DNA from: Candidatus Omnitrophota bacterium
GTDB taxonomy: Bacteria; Omnitrophota; Omnitrophia; Omnitrophales; Aquincolibacteriaceae
Direction: 5' to 3'
DNA length: 64,000 nt
NCBI GenBank assembly: GCA_022709525.1
Contig: JAKLIQ010000007.1
Span: 49,720-113,719, forward strand
How positions within the stretch are numbered: the stretch's first letter is position 1; every line of letters starts with the position of its first letter. Positions 12,001 to 24,000 of this stretch are shown here, piece after piece. Both the position numbers and the translations under genes were made by a program. The notes beneath the pieces are model-generated. The model was not told where the DNA came from. It ran no database searches and saw nothing but the letters and a program-made list of their open reading frames with translations.

Positions 12001-15000
12001 TTGGACCACGGTCTTTGATGGCACGGGTTCCGGGCAAAATTATCAGGGTCTTGAAACCGTCCAATTCAACGCGCAGCAAGTCCGTTATGTCCGGATCAAA
12101 TCGAGCGGCAATACGGTCAATAACGGAGCGCATATCGAGGATATTTCAGCTCGCTACATAGAGAGTTACCAGTCCGCCGGGGCGCCGGCCCCGATCGGCG
12201 GGATCGTGGGTTATACGCATACTTATAATGTGGATTTTGGCTCCGAAGGCGGAGATACGTGGAGCATCTATGCTCCTTATGAGCAACTCGCGGGGTACGG
12301 CGTCAATTATGCCTCATCCGCGCAGGGCGCCACGCTTTTCTCCATCGCGTCGGGGCCTTCTCTCGCCGCGAACGCGATTGATGGGAATAGCGGGACTTTC
12401 TGGATTGCCGGCACCAGCGGCACGCAGAACGAACGACTTTATGAGATGGGCACGATCGACCTGGGTCAGCCCCGCAATATCAACCAGGTCTCTTTTGATT
12501 TTAGCAGCGCGAATAATCGCCTCCACTATAACTATAAGATCGAAGTGATGGACGCGACCGGCCGGTGGCAAACGGTCTTTGACGGGACGGGTTCGGGGCA
12601 GGATTATCAAGGTCGCCAGATCGTTAACTTCAATACCATCAACGCCCGGTATGTGCGCATCTGGTCCAGCGGGAACAGCCACGATACAAGCGGCGCGGCG
12701 ATCGATAACCTCGTTGTTACGCGCAGGCAGCTTGCCGGGGATGAATTGAGCGGCCTCATGGCGGAAGTCCTTGAAAACGGCGAATGGGTTTCGCTGGGTG
12801 AGCTTTCAGCCGATGGGATGTTTTCTTTTACCAAGGCGCTTTCGGGCGTTCAACAGATCCGATTTGCTTCGCCCCTGCCGGAAGATTTTTCGATCAGCGA
12901 GCTAGTGGCCTATCGCGTTTTCAGGGATCCCGGGGTCTCCACCGAAACGCTTCCTCTGATCAGCGAGACTTTTTATAAAGGGACCCGAGGTTCCGAGATT
13001 ATGGATTCCATCGCGCAATACACTTATGTCAATGGGGCGCGGACGAATTCTTCGGTGATCCAGTATTTTTATAAGGATGAAGCCGGCAACGCGCGCAGGG
13101 CGGCCGAGGCGGTCGGACATGACACATGGGAAATTTGGTATGCCGACACGCTGAATTCGCAAGGCGTCGAGCGTCATTTCCTTAATACAATTTCCGGATC
13201 GGCTTTTATGTCAACAGCCACATCCGGCTGGTCACTGGATAGCCAATCTGCCTGGGCGACGGGATCTGATTCCGGCTCTGCGTATTATCTGGCGGATTTT
13301 GGAACGGAAGGGAACGATCTTGAAATTGTTTTGAATGTTCAAAATCACGGCGCAAATCCGATCCCGGGCAGCCGGTTCGATATCAAAGTCGAGGTTTGCG
13401 TCAATACGACATGCTCGGATCCTTCCGACTGGGTTAGCCAGATCGTTTCCGTTGATGCGTCTAGGACGTCCCAGAATATCGCGGCGGTTTTCGGAGGCGG
13501 CCTGACGGGTCAGCATCAAGTTCGTGTTTCCTGGCTGAATTCAACCGAGCAGGCGACTGTCCCAGAATCATTTGCGGCGTACCGGAATAATCTTCAGATC
13601 AATTCTCTGACCTTCAATGAATTCCGGTCGGTGTCGGGTCAATGGACGCTGGATTCCAGAACTTATTATCGGGACGATAAACAAACAATCGATTACGTTT
13701 TAGAATATGACGCGGTGACCGGAGAAGCCGTATCGTATTCGAAAAATATCTACAGTGCGGCGGATGGAGTCATCGGATCAGATGATCTTGCGGCGGTTGT
13801 TCAATACAACATCAGCGGTCAAGCGGACGTCCTTGTCCCGGGAGACGCTGCCGCCGATGACATCACGGGCGTTCAGTTCACGAATCTCTGCACCGATACG
13901 GCGTTGCCGACCACCGCGAATACCCGCGAAAGCGCGTTTCTCTCCAATTTTCTCGCCAATGGTTTGGTTGCGCAGCTTGCGTCCGAGCAGTCGTTCGACA
14001 GGCTGGGTAACAAAGCCGTTCTGGTCTATCAATTTTCTTATGGGATCAACACGAACACTGCGGGGCTTATAGTTTCAACGCTCAATCCTGCGGCAGCTCT
14101 TTATCTTTCTCAGCGGATGGAATATCAGTACCGCGCGAATGGAACGCTTGAGTCGGTGGAAAATTTTATCCAGCGCGCAAGCGGCTGGGCTTTGAACACC
14201 ACCACGTTCTATCAAGCGGATGGTAACGATATCGATTATATCCAGACCCATGTAACGGGAGGCCCAGACACCTTCACCTATTACAGTTATCATGCCTCCG
14301 GAAAGTGGACGGGGGATTACCGTCTCTACATGACCGCGCGTTATTCGGAGAACGGAAATTCCGGCGAGCCGGGCGCGCTCCTGGGGAAAGCTTTCTTTAA
14401 CACGAGCTCCGCTTATATCGCAGAAGGCGAAAGCGCCGCGGGCCGGGTTTACTACGATCCTTTGAAGTATGGCTCACTCATCGTCCGCGCGGAAGACTAC
14501 CAGGCGGTTACGGATGATCTCGCGCCTCTCGCAAACCGGGAACTCGTGAACGGTCTTTTTGTCGCAAGATTTACGACCACGTATTATGACTATGACGCCG
14601 TCACAAAAGAAATGCTTTCATCTTCGTCCTATGCGACGACCTACGCCAGTGGGACCGCTGCTACGGCATGGTCCAGCACGACCGGTTATCGCGCGGACGG
14701 GCAAACTGATTATGCGGTGTCATCCGTAGGTGGAGACCCCAATAACCGGACGCGGACCCAATATAACTATTTAGAACTCGGCCACGGTCTGGATGGCATT
14801 TATCTCTACTCCGAGACAAAGAACGAACTAACGGGCGCGCTCAAATCGCGCGTTTACACAAATGCCGCTGTGGAAGCGGACCTTTTAGGGCTGATCTCCC
14901 TTGATTTTGTGAACGGGTGGCCGGCAGCTCAGTTCGCGACAGCGCTTTATGGTGTTGTCACGCTCACCGTAGAAGAATTCCCGGTCGACCAGGGCCTGGA

Positions 15001-18000
15001 TGCGCTCGGGACGCACCCTTACAGTTTGACGCTTTCAACCTATGCCGTGTCGGGGCGCTTGGCCCGAACCGATCGCTTCTATGTTGCCGAAGGGCAACGG
15101 ACGCTTGAATCGCAAACCTTTTACAAGACCGACGGAACTCGTATCGATTTCATCATCAACTGTAATGCCGCCGGAAAATACGAAAGCAAGGATGTCTATA
15201 TTTACCGCTCCGGCGCTTACAGCCATCTGCTTTATCAGACGGAGCGTTACCACCGGAGCGGGGTACTTACCATGGTATCCACCTTTACCTACTCCATAAC
15301 CGGTTCCGCGCTCCGTTTAACGTCCGTTAGCCATCCCTCGCGGAGCACAGAGACTTTTTACTATACCGCCTCGGGCATTCTCGAGCGATCGGTCATGGTC
15401 AACCACAACGGAAAAAAGCTGCAGGAGACCTTCTACGATTCCGTGACCGGCCTCAAGAACAGAGCTGTTTCTTTCGGGATGGACGGTTCGGTTATCGCCG
15501 AAGAAATCTATGAATACGATGCCGACGGGCGATTAATGAAGTCGACAAGGGCCCAGAAAGACGGGACCGGCCGGGTCATGATAACGACTTACGAAGGCCG
15601 GAAAGGTTTTGAGCGGGCGATAAGCCGCAAGACATACGCCGATGGGAGTCTTACGGATCTCGAACAGGAAACCACATCGGTTTATAACGCCGATGGCAGC
15701 CGCACGGACAAAACGATCGATCACACTGCCGATCCCGATAAAGAGAACGAGGTCTATAAGACCGTGACGGTCTATGACGCCCTGGGACAGAAGGTTTCGA
15801 GTGAAAGCTATGATAAGGCCGGCAAAAAAATCGGGGCGACTTCGAATTACACCTATGATGAGTACGGCCGGGAAAAAACCTACAAAACCTGGTCTTCTAA
15901 AGAGGGATGGCAGCTGGTCCGCATTACCCGCTACAACGATTTCGACCTCGTGACCGAACAGTGGACCGGAGACAAAACCAAATCCGTGATGGAGTATTAC
16001 AACAATTTTACCCTGAAGCGTTCGGACTATGTCGTTTACACGCTTGGGGAAGCGGATATGTTTGGCTGGTCAACCTATAACATTATGGGCGATGAGACCG
16101 GCACGGATTCCGGGCTTATTCCCGGAGGACCGACTGACCGTATGGTCAAAGCTGCGGAAGCTGCCGCAGCTGCAGCCCAAAAAGCGGCGGCGATTGCCCA
16201 GCAAATGGCGACCCGGGCGCAGCAGCAGGCCCAGGAAGCTCAGGATGCCGCAAACGAAGCGCAGGATCGCGCGTCAAGAGCTCAGGACCGGGCAGATGCC
16301 GCCGGCGATGCCGCAGAACGGGCTGAAAACGATATGTTGGCCGCAGAAGCCGAGCGTGATCGCGCTGAGGCGAACCGGCTTCGGGAGCAAGCGAAGGCGG
16401 AGTTGGCCACAGCAAAGCGGCTACTTGAGGAAGCCGCAAGTCTTGCGCGGTCAGCTGCTGCAGCCATGAGAGAAGCGGCGAAGATGATGGATGAGGCCTC
16501 AAAGGCGATGAAAGCGGCAGCGCAGGCCATGAAGGAAGCAACCCAGGCGATGGAGAACGCGCGTGACGCTTACGAGGCGCTGAAGGCTCTCGGAACGCTC
16601 GATGAGGATGCGATCCAGGCGACGATCGACAGTTACAGCGACAGCATCTTGTCGATGCGGGACAGTACGGCCTCCCTATTGGACAATGCGGCGAGTTTGA
16701 GTGATAGCGCCGGCAGTTTAAGGTCTTCGGCCTCCAACATGGATGATGCGGCGGACAGTTACTCCGATATGGCCACCCTGGTAGGCCTGGTTTCCGCGGA
16801 GATGTTTGGCGGGGACGCGAGCACCGGGGAAGGGGCTGTGCTTTGCGATTGGCTTTCACATATCTGTTGGGGCGACGGCTGGGCGTATTTCCAGCTTGGC
16901 GATGACAATGAAGACGGAACAGACGATTCGTTCGTGATCTTTGGCAGCCCCCGTAACGTTACCACCGGAGAAGGAACGCAGATCCATAATTGGACCCTTT
17001 CCGGCGATCAGACCGCAGCTTATTGGGATGGTATTAGCACTATGGGTGACGATGGTTTTCACTGGACCGGCCAGTGGCGTGTGACGGCGGACGGCGACAT
17101 TTTGAACGGGCAAGTGCTTTACACCTATCAGAATTCCGTTTACTACGACGGCGATCATCAGGAAATGGTCTATTACTACAATGCCGCCGGAGATCTGATC
17201 AAGGTTACCTGGGATTACGAGTATAGCGATTCCCAGATGATGAGCGATACAGAAGTCGACAACGAGGGAACTTGGTACAACACGGACTGTGCGGATGGTC
17301 TGGCGGCCTTCAACGCAGACTATGCCGCAAATCCGAACGGCGATTGGGAGCAGAACGACGACGGAACCTGGAGCTTAACAACAAAAGATATTTGCGAATC
17401 TGATGTGACTTGGGTCGGCATCATTTTCGTTATCGTTGTGATTATCATCGCGATAGTCATAACAATTGCGAGCTGGGGCACTGGGACCTGGATCGGCGTA
17501 GCAATGGTCGCCGCGGCATGGGTCTGCATTGCTGTCGCCATTGTGTGTGCTGCCATGATGATCTATAGCAAGCTGACCGGCGATGATGCGTTCGGTCTGG
17601 ATGACACCGAATGGGCGGCTTATTCCGTTCAATTTTCATGTTTGGCTATATCTTTGGGAGCTGGCGCAAGCCGTTTATGGTCGAGTACTTTTTACGCCAG
17701 CTTGGTAACCGGATTTATTAATGCTCTATTCACATACGGAATGACCGGCGATATTGGGAAAGCAATCACCGTCTTTGTTTTAAGCGTTGTTTTGAGCCTT
17801 CTCTCAAAATGGGTACCGTCTAATTACTTTATCGTTAATTTGATCGTTTATTTTGTGATCACCACGTTCGTTTATGCGCTCGCGACTTATCTGACAGCCG
17901 ACGAGGGAACCTACGACTCCTTATGGGATGCCGTGGAGGATGTCTGGGTCTATTGCCTTGTGATTGCGTTTTTTATGGCGCTCTCAGCCCGAAGCAGTAG

Positions 18001-21000
18001 TCAAACCGACGGAAATGCCCCTGGTAAAACAGACTCCACCGCCGCAAATACTCGGGTCAATTCCCTAGATATGAAGTTCAATTGGGGACAAGGCGTCATT
18101 AAATTTTTGCAGTCATCTGCTTCAATATTTTTTGACATGATTATGGCGAGCGATAAAACTGACAAGCTTCTTGGCGACAAATGGGGTCTTAAAGAATATG
18201 ACGAGGATACGCGCGAATATGAGGCGACGACAGCCGGAAAAATTGTAATGTCCGCGATGAATTTTATGGCGACGTTGAGTTACGGAAGCCCCTCGCTTAC
18301 TCTTTGGAATTTTGCTTCAGGTTTGGCGGCTGCTCTGGCGGGAACCTATGTTACCGCCAGGGAGCAAGAGAGCCTGGAGAACACGGGAATGAAGGATTAT
18401 ATTGCCCAATCGCTTGCCGGACAAATTGGAGGAGTTGTAAGCGGACTCGTTGGTATGGCTTCCAAATTGTTGCAATACGCTATCGATTCCGATGTAAGGG
18501 CAACGCTCAAGACGAATGGTTTTAGTCTGCTGGAGTTTCTAAGGGGCCGGTGGGATCCGGCGACGGGTAAATTGCAAGAAGTCACGATCGGTAAGAACGG
18601 ACTCCTGATCGTCGACAATCAATTTTTTAATAAAAAAGGAGACGTTATAGCATCGTTCCAGACCATTGGAAACGAAGCTTTTCAGTACGCAGAAAAAGAA
18701 GCTAAGGGAGCGTATGCAGTTGACGCGGCTTTTCGACAAGGGATTGCGCAACGGGGGGAGAGCGCTTTGACAATAGCGGCACTCCAAGCGGGCGCGACGT
18801 TCACTTTGTCCAAAGATGGCAAGTTGGAGAAAACAAGTTTCGTAAGCCGGGTTCTTTCGTCGCTTTTTGGCGATGTGGCTGCGGGTACGGTTACGGCAAA
18901 GTTCGGAGACTTATCGGTAACCCTCGAGCTTACCGAACAGGGGTTGCTTTCCTATGATGCTGATCGCAATGGGCAATTGGACGTCGGTTCAGCGGCATAT
19001 ACAGCTTTGGCAAGGATTTTCACGAATAATGACACAAAAACTTATGAAGGTTGCGAGAATCTAGTTCAGGATCTTCAAAAATCCCTTGGAAAAGGAGACT
19101 TGAAAGGCGTTGTGAGTGTTAAGTTTGGCGTTGCTGATTTTCGAGCGAATGGGCAGGCCTATGGCGATGTGACATTTTTAGTTTCACGGCAGAGCGTTGC
19201 GATCACCTATCAGCTTGCAGGCGCCACATGGACGGCGATAGGCGCGAATTTCCAAGGCGCTGTTCATGCGATGTTTGTTTTGGATCAGGCGTTAGTTGAG
19301 GCGGGCATTGGCCGGGTTTCGGATTTCTTCAAAAATATGAATTTTGAAATGAAAGACGGAAAGCCCAACGAGACTTTGAGTAAATTTATGAAGTTTGGCG
19401 ATTATCTGTCCAAGAACCTCGGCCGAGGAGAAAGTATAACCGCCACTTTCAATGTCAAATACAATGGAAAAGACTACAGTTTGTCTGCGACCTGGCGGCG
19501 GGGCAGCACGACCTTTGAGTTTAACGCGCGCGCGATTGATGGCAGCCGTGTATTGGTTTCTTTTACGTTTGCGACGACGACGGATGCCATGAAAGCATTC
19601 ATGGCGATTGCGGATTTTGCTGCGACTTTCGACTCCCTTGTTTTTAGTAAGGACAATCTTGGAAAGATCATTGCATTTAGGGATGGTGTTTTTGGTGCGC
19701 TTACAAAAGCGGGGCTTTCGACGGATCGACTTGACCTGACATTTACAAAAGCGGACGGGACCTCGGCCGGAACATTTACGGTATTTGCTGATCCGGGCAG
19801 GTCCGTTCTTTTTAAAGGCGCGACGATTGGCAAAGCGGGCGGGGCGCATTTGGTCCTGATGGGGGAGGCCGTGAGTTTTTCGGATGCTGTGACCGGTCTC
19901 TCGGAACTCGATACAGTCTTAAGCGGTTTCGATGGCTCTTCATCGGGGATGCAAGCGGCTATAAGAACGTTGCTTGCAAGCGACAGTTTCAAGCTTTTTT
20001 CGGGACTCGCTTTGAATTTCATGCAAGGGAATGCGTCGCTTGGTGCGGTTATGTTTGAAAGCGTGGATGGCGTGATGACCGGGCGGTTCATGAATGTCCA
20101 AGTGAATGGCGAGAAAGGTTCGGTCCGGTTGGGAGGGCGTTTTGCCGCCGATCAAGGGGGAGTCGATCAGGCGTTCAATCGTATTAACGGGATGCAGGAA
20201 AAATTGAAGAACTCGGATTTGTCTGGGGACAATGCGGAACAGCTTGCATTTGATGCTGCCTGCGAACTTCTCGGAACGGAAGGGATAGCGTCTGAAGCGG
20301 AACGGAACGCGATGGGAGAGTTCGGGGTTACCCTGTTCGAAAAACAAACTGGGTCGTCCGTCACTTTTCTCCTGACGAACCTCGGAGACGGCATGCTTGG
20401 GCTTCGGGTCCAATTGGATCTGGGAGGCGGTTTTCAGATAACTTCGGGGACCCAATACAAATTCTCTGCGAATGACCCAAGCGCGCGGCAAATAGCATTT
20501 AAGACGGGTTCAGATTGGGCAGCCGGTCTTCAGAAATATGATGTAGGAGACCGGTCGCGAGGTTCAAAGACCGGATTACGGGCGCTTCTGAAAGACGCCG
20601 CCATCTCGTGGAAGGATGAGTTGGCAGCGGCTCCCGTTCAAGGGGTCGAGCGGGTCGCCGGAATTTTAGAAATAACTTTTTCGGGAGAAAATAATACGGC
20701 TTTCAGCCGGCTTGAGTTTAGCGTCCAAAACGGCGTTATTTCCATGCAATATTTCGGACGTATTCTTGGTAACGGGTACGAAGATCTTACCTATTCAACC
20801 ACGCCGATCGAGTTTGGAGAGGGGCATGCGGATATATCCGGCGTCGATTTTGGCGTTGACCTCTATGAGGGAAATTTGCAGTTTAACGAACGGTTTGCTG
20901 GGGACATGAAAGCCCTTGGTTTGCTTAAGGACATCATCAACATGCCCGATAAACCGCGTCTGGATTCTCCGAAAGATCAGATCGGTTTCATCAGCAAAAT

Positions 21001-24000
21001 AAATCTAATGCTCGACAGTCAAGGGGTTTTGCAAGAGACCCTGGGCCAGGAGATCCTCGCCTTTGTTACCGTCGCTTTCTTCGCCGGCACTCCCCTCGAC
21101 CCGATGGGCGTTGGCGCGGATCAGAAGCAGCACATGACCTGGTCTGTTTATGATGAATTGGGAAATGTTGTCGGGCATGCCGGCAGCGTCCAAGGCAATA
21201 CTCTCAGCGTCAACCTGAAAACTCAAACAGCAACGGTTAACGGAGAAGCTTTCAGCATCAAACAAGATGAGCTTGGCAGGGTAACGCTTCAATTTTCCAT
21301 AACGGATAAAGGGAGAGAAACAACGGTCAAGGGTGTCCGTCAAGAATATAGCGTTCTTGACCTGAGCGCTTTCGATTTATCGACGCAGGGAGCCATCCTT
21401 ACCCAGTTAACGAGCATGGGCCTCATCCACAATCAGTTTGAGCTAATAGTAGGTGGGGAACTTGTTGTTGCCGGTTTTGGCGCCGAAGGAGATGTTCTTG
21501 CTTTTTATACAGCACAAATGAAGAAAGATGGTCAAGTTTGGGTAAAGAGCAAGGGAGATATTGTCACCCTGACGCCGGCAGAGGCAACGACTCTTTTAAA
21601 AGAATCAAATAGAAATCTTTATAACTTTTTGAAATTAGAATCTGGTCAGAACGTTTTCTTGAAACCGGCAAGTACGCTCGAGGGAGCTTACATGCAGGAA
21701 GAACAACAGGCGATATGGCGGGATTTGGGAACAGTGGGGATTACGCAGACGACCACAATTCTTGTGGGGACAACATTACAAACTGCCCAACCGGTTTTGT
21801 ATCAATCGCCTGGCATGGGGCAGAACGCATGGATTGTTATAGGGGGCAATGGAAATCAATATGCTTATGATCGAACAGGTCAGGGCTTTGAGGTTTATTC
21901 GGATAAGCCGGTTGAAAGTGGCGTCAAAAATGTAAGCGGCTTAAGTTCGGGAGCGCAGGAAGCCGTAGCAGGCATTCCTGCCAACTATAAAAACGCAACA
22001 ACGCAGGGTCAGATTGATCAATACGCACAGGTTACCCACACGATTACGGATTCGCAAGGCAACGTTTTGAACGGGACGGTCCTTGGCAAAGAACTTGCGA
22101 GCGTTTTTGGTCTTTATGACACCACGGTGCTTATGGCCGGTGGCCAGGCGGTTTGGCAATTCGGCGGGACTAAATTCGATGCCCTGGTCAACAAAACCAT
22201 TGTGCTTCGCGGGCTCGGAGTTAACGAAGGCCAGTACGGGGTCGTGAACGGCGGCTTTTATAAGCCCACCGCTAATCTCCTGAACGGTAAAGCCCAAACA
22301 TTAGCGGGTGTTGACGCCTATCAAAAGAGTCATCCCGAGGCTGCTCAATACAAAATCCTCAATAGCCATACCTTCACGGACGCCAAAGGGAAGCTGGTCG
22401 AAGACGGAACAGTGCTTGATCAGACGCTTTCTAACGCTATGGCTCAAATCACTGGCGCTCGGGAGCAAATTATCCTCATGAATGCGGCCGGCCAGGACAT
22501 CGGCTGGTTCTTTGGATCCGATATTACAGTATTAAATCAAGCCGGCGCTGTTGTCTTCGGCATGGATATGCAGTTTAACGCGAATACAAACAAAGTGGAG
22601 CCAGTAGGGAAACAAGGCTCCGCCCAAGTCAATGAAAACGGCACTTGGAAAAACGTTACGATCTTTGGGACCCGGGACCGCATAGCCGGCACCGCCGCCT
22701 TAAATGGCGGCATCGCTGTCACAGTCCATGGCACGGATTATACGGTCCAAGGCGAGGTAAGCACTGAGCAGTCCCTGGCGATCGAAATGGCCTTAAATAA
22801 CGCTAATGTGATCAGCTACGAGTGGCGGAGCGCCACGGCCTCAGGCGTTGCTTTCTGGGCCAATGGGTCCCTTAACGCTTATATCGCAGATAACCAGCTT
22901 TGGGTGATCGCGCAAGACCGCAACGCCGCAGGCCAGGCCGTTTACTTCCAGCCCGCCACCGCCACGATCGCCGGAACTCTTAAAACCTACAACCGTGATG
23001 AAATGAGTTCAGAACAAGTTGCCGAACTCGATGCTGTGATCGCCAAAGACCCTGCTTTTATGAGCCATGTTTCACTGACCTTAAGCGGTAAGGGGACTAC
23101 GGTCACGGGCTCTGAATTCTATGAATTTACAGTTAATGGCGAACTCCTTGATCCTTCAAGCGTTACGGCCAATATGCTCGGTTCGATGGGTTATCTCACC
23201 TATAACAACGAGACAGTATCAGCAGGCGCAGGAAAGATCTTCTTAAGTGATGGCGCGGCGCTTTCCGCCTCCTTTGCCGCCAATGGAAGCTTTATCTGGG
23301 CTCAGGAGGGGAATACGACCGTCATTAACGGTCTTTATGTTCAAAGCGGCAAAATGAGTCTTGGGGCGAACCATGCGCTTGTCGCAAGCGGCAGCGAGAT
23401 TCGGGTGGTCGGGTCCGATGGAGTAGTGTCTTATAAAAAATCCGTATCTGTGAGCGTGAACGGAATTGCCGGAAGGACAGGCAATGACCTTGCAATTGAT
23501 GGAGAGATCGCTTTCTCGGATGGAACAACGAATTATCTCCTTGGCTTTAACGGCACCCAGCTTGTGGCGGGCCTGCGCGGCACCGACACGCTCTCTTTTA
23601 ACATGCTTAATGCAGCAACCCTTATGACCGGGAATATCACCAATATCGCCTTTATCCAGACCCAATATTACACTTACTCCCTTGACCGGATGCAAAAAGG
23701 TCTTTTTGAGACCGATCTAAGCGGCAAACGCACCCAGGGATGGAATCATGAAACGGGGACGATGCTTGTTTCCACGACCAATAAGACGCAAATCGCAGAG
23801 TGGGCCAATAAAGCGCAGGTAACCGGTGCTTCCGTAAATCTTGAGGGCGGCGGCACGATGCCCGTTGATATTAACGTAAGCTATGCAACCGAGCTTTGGG
23901 TGGGGGCAGGCGGTCTGGCCTTCTTCTTTGCCGGCAGCGATGAAATCGGCGTTTTCCAAGGAGCGCTTACGGCCGGAAGCATGGGGAACCTCAGCTCCGT

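Noticed and set aside
16146-16859. 237-aa minus-strand ORF (and 16282..16530 -) rich in Pro/Arg/Ser
   Set aside because: Lies antisense to the Ala/Glu coiled-coil segment of the giant ORF. GC-rich GCN/GAR codons produce stop-free antisense frames. No independent coding signal.
19292-20491. Three overlapping minus-strand ORFs of 183-205 aa inside the giant gene
   Set aside because: Embedded in the continuous 40.7-kb + strand frame. Low-complexity basic translations and no RBS or domain signal. Treated as antisense artefacts.
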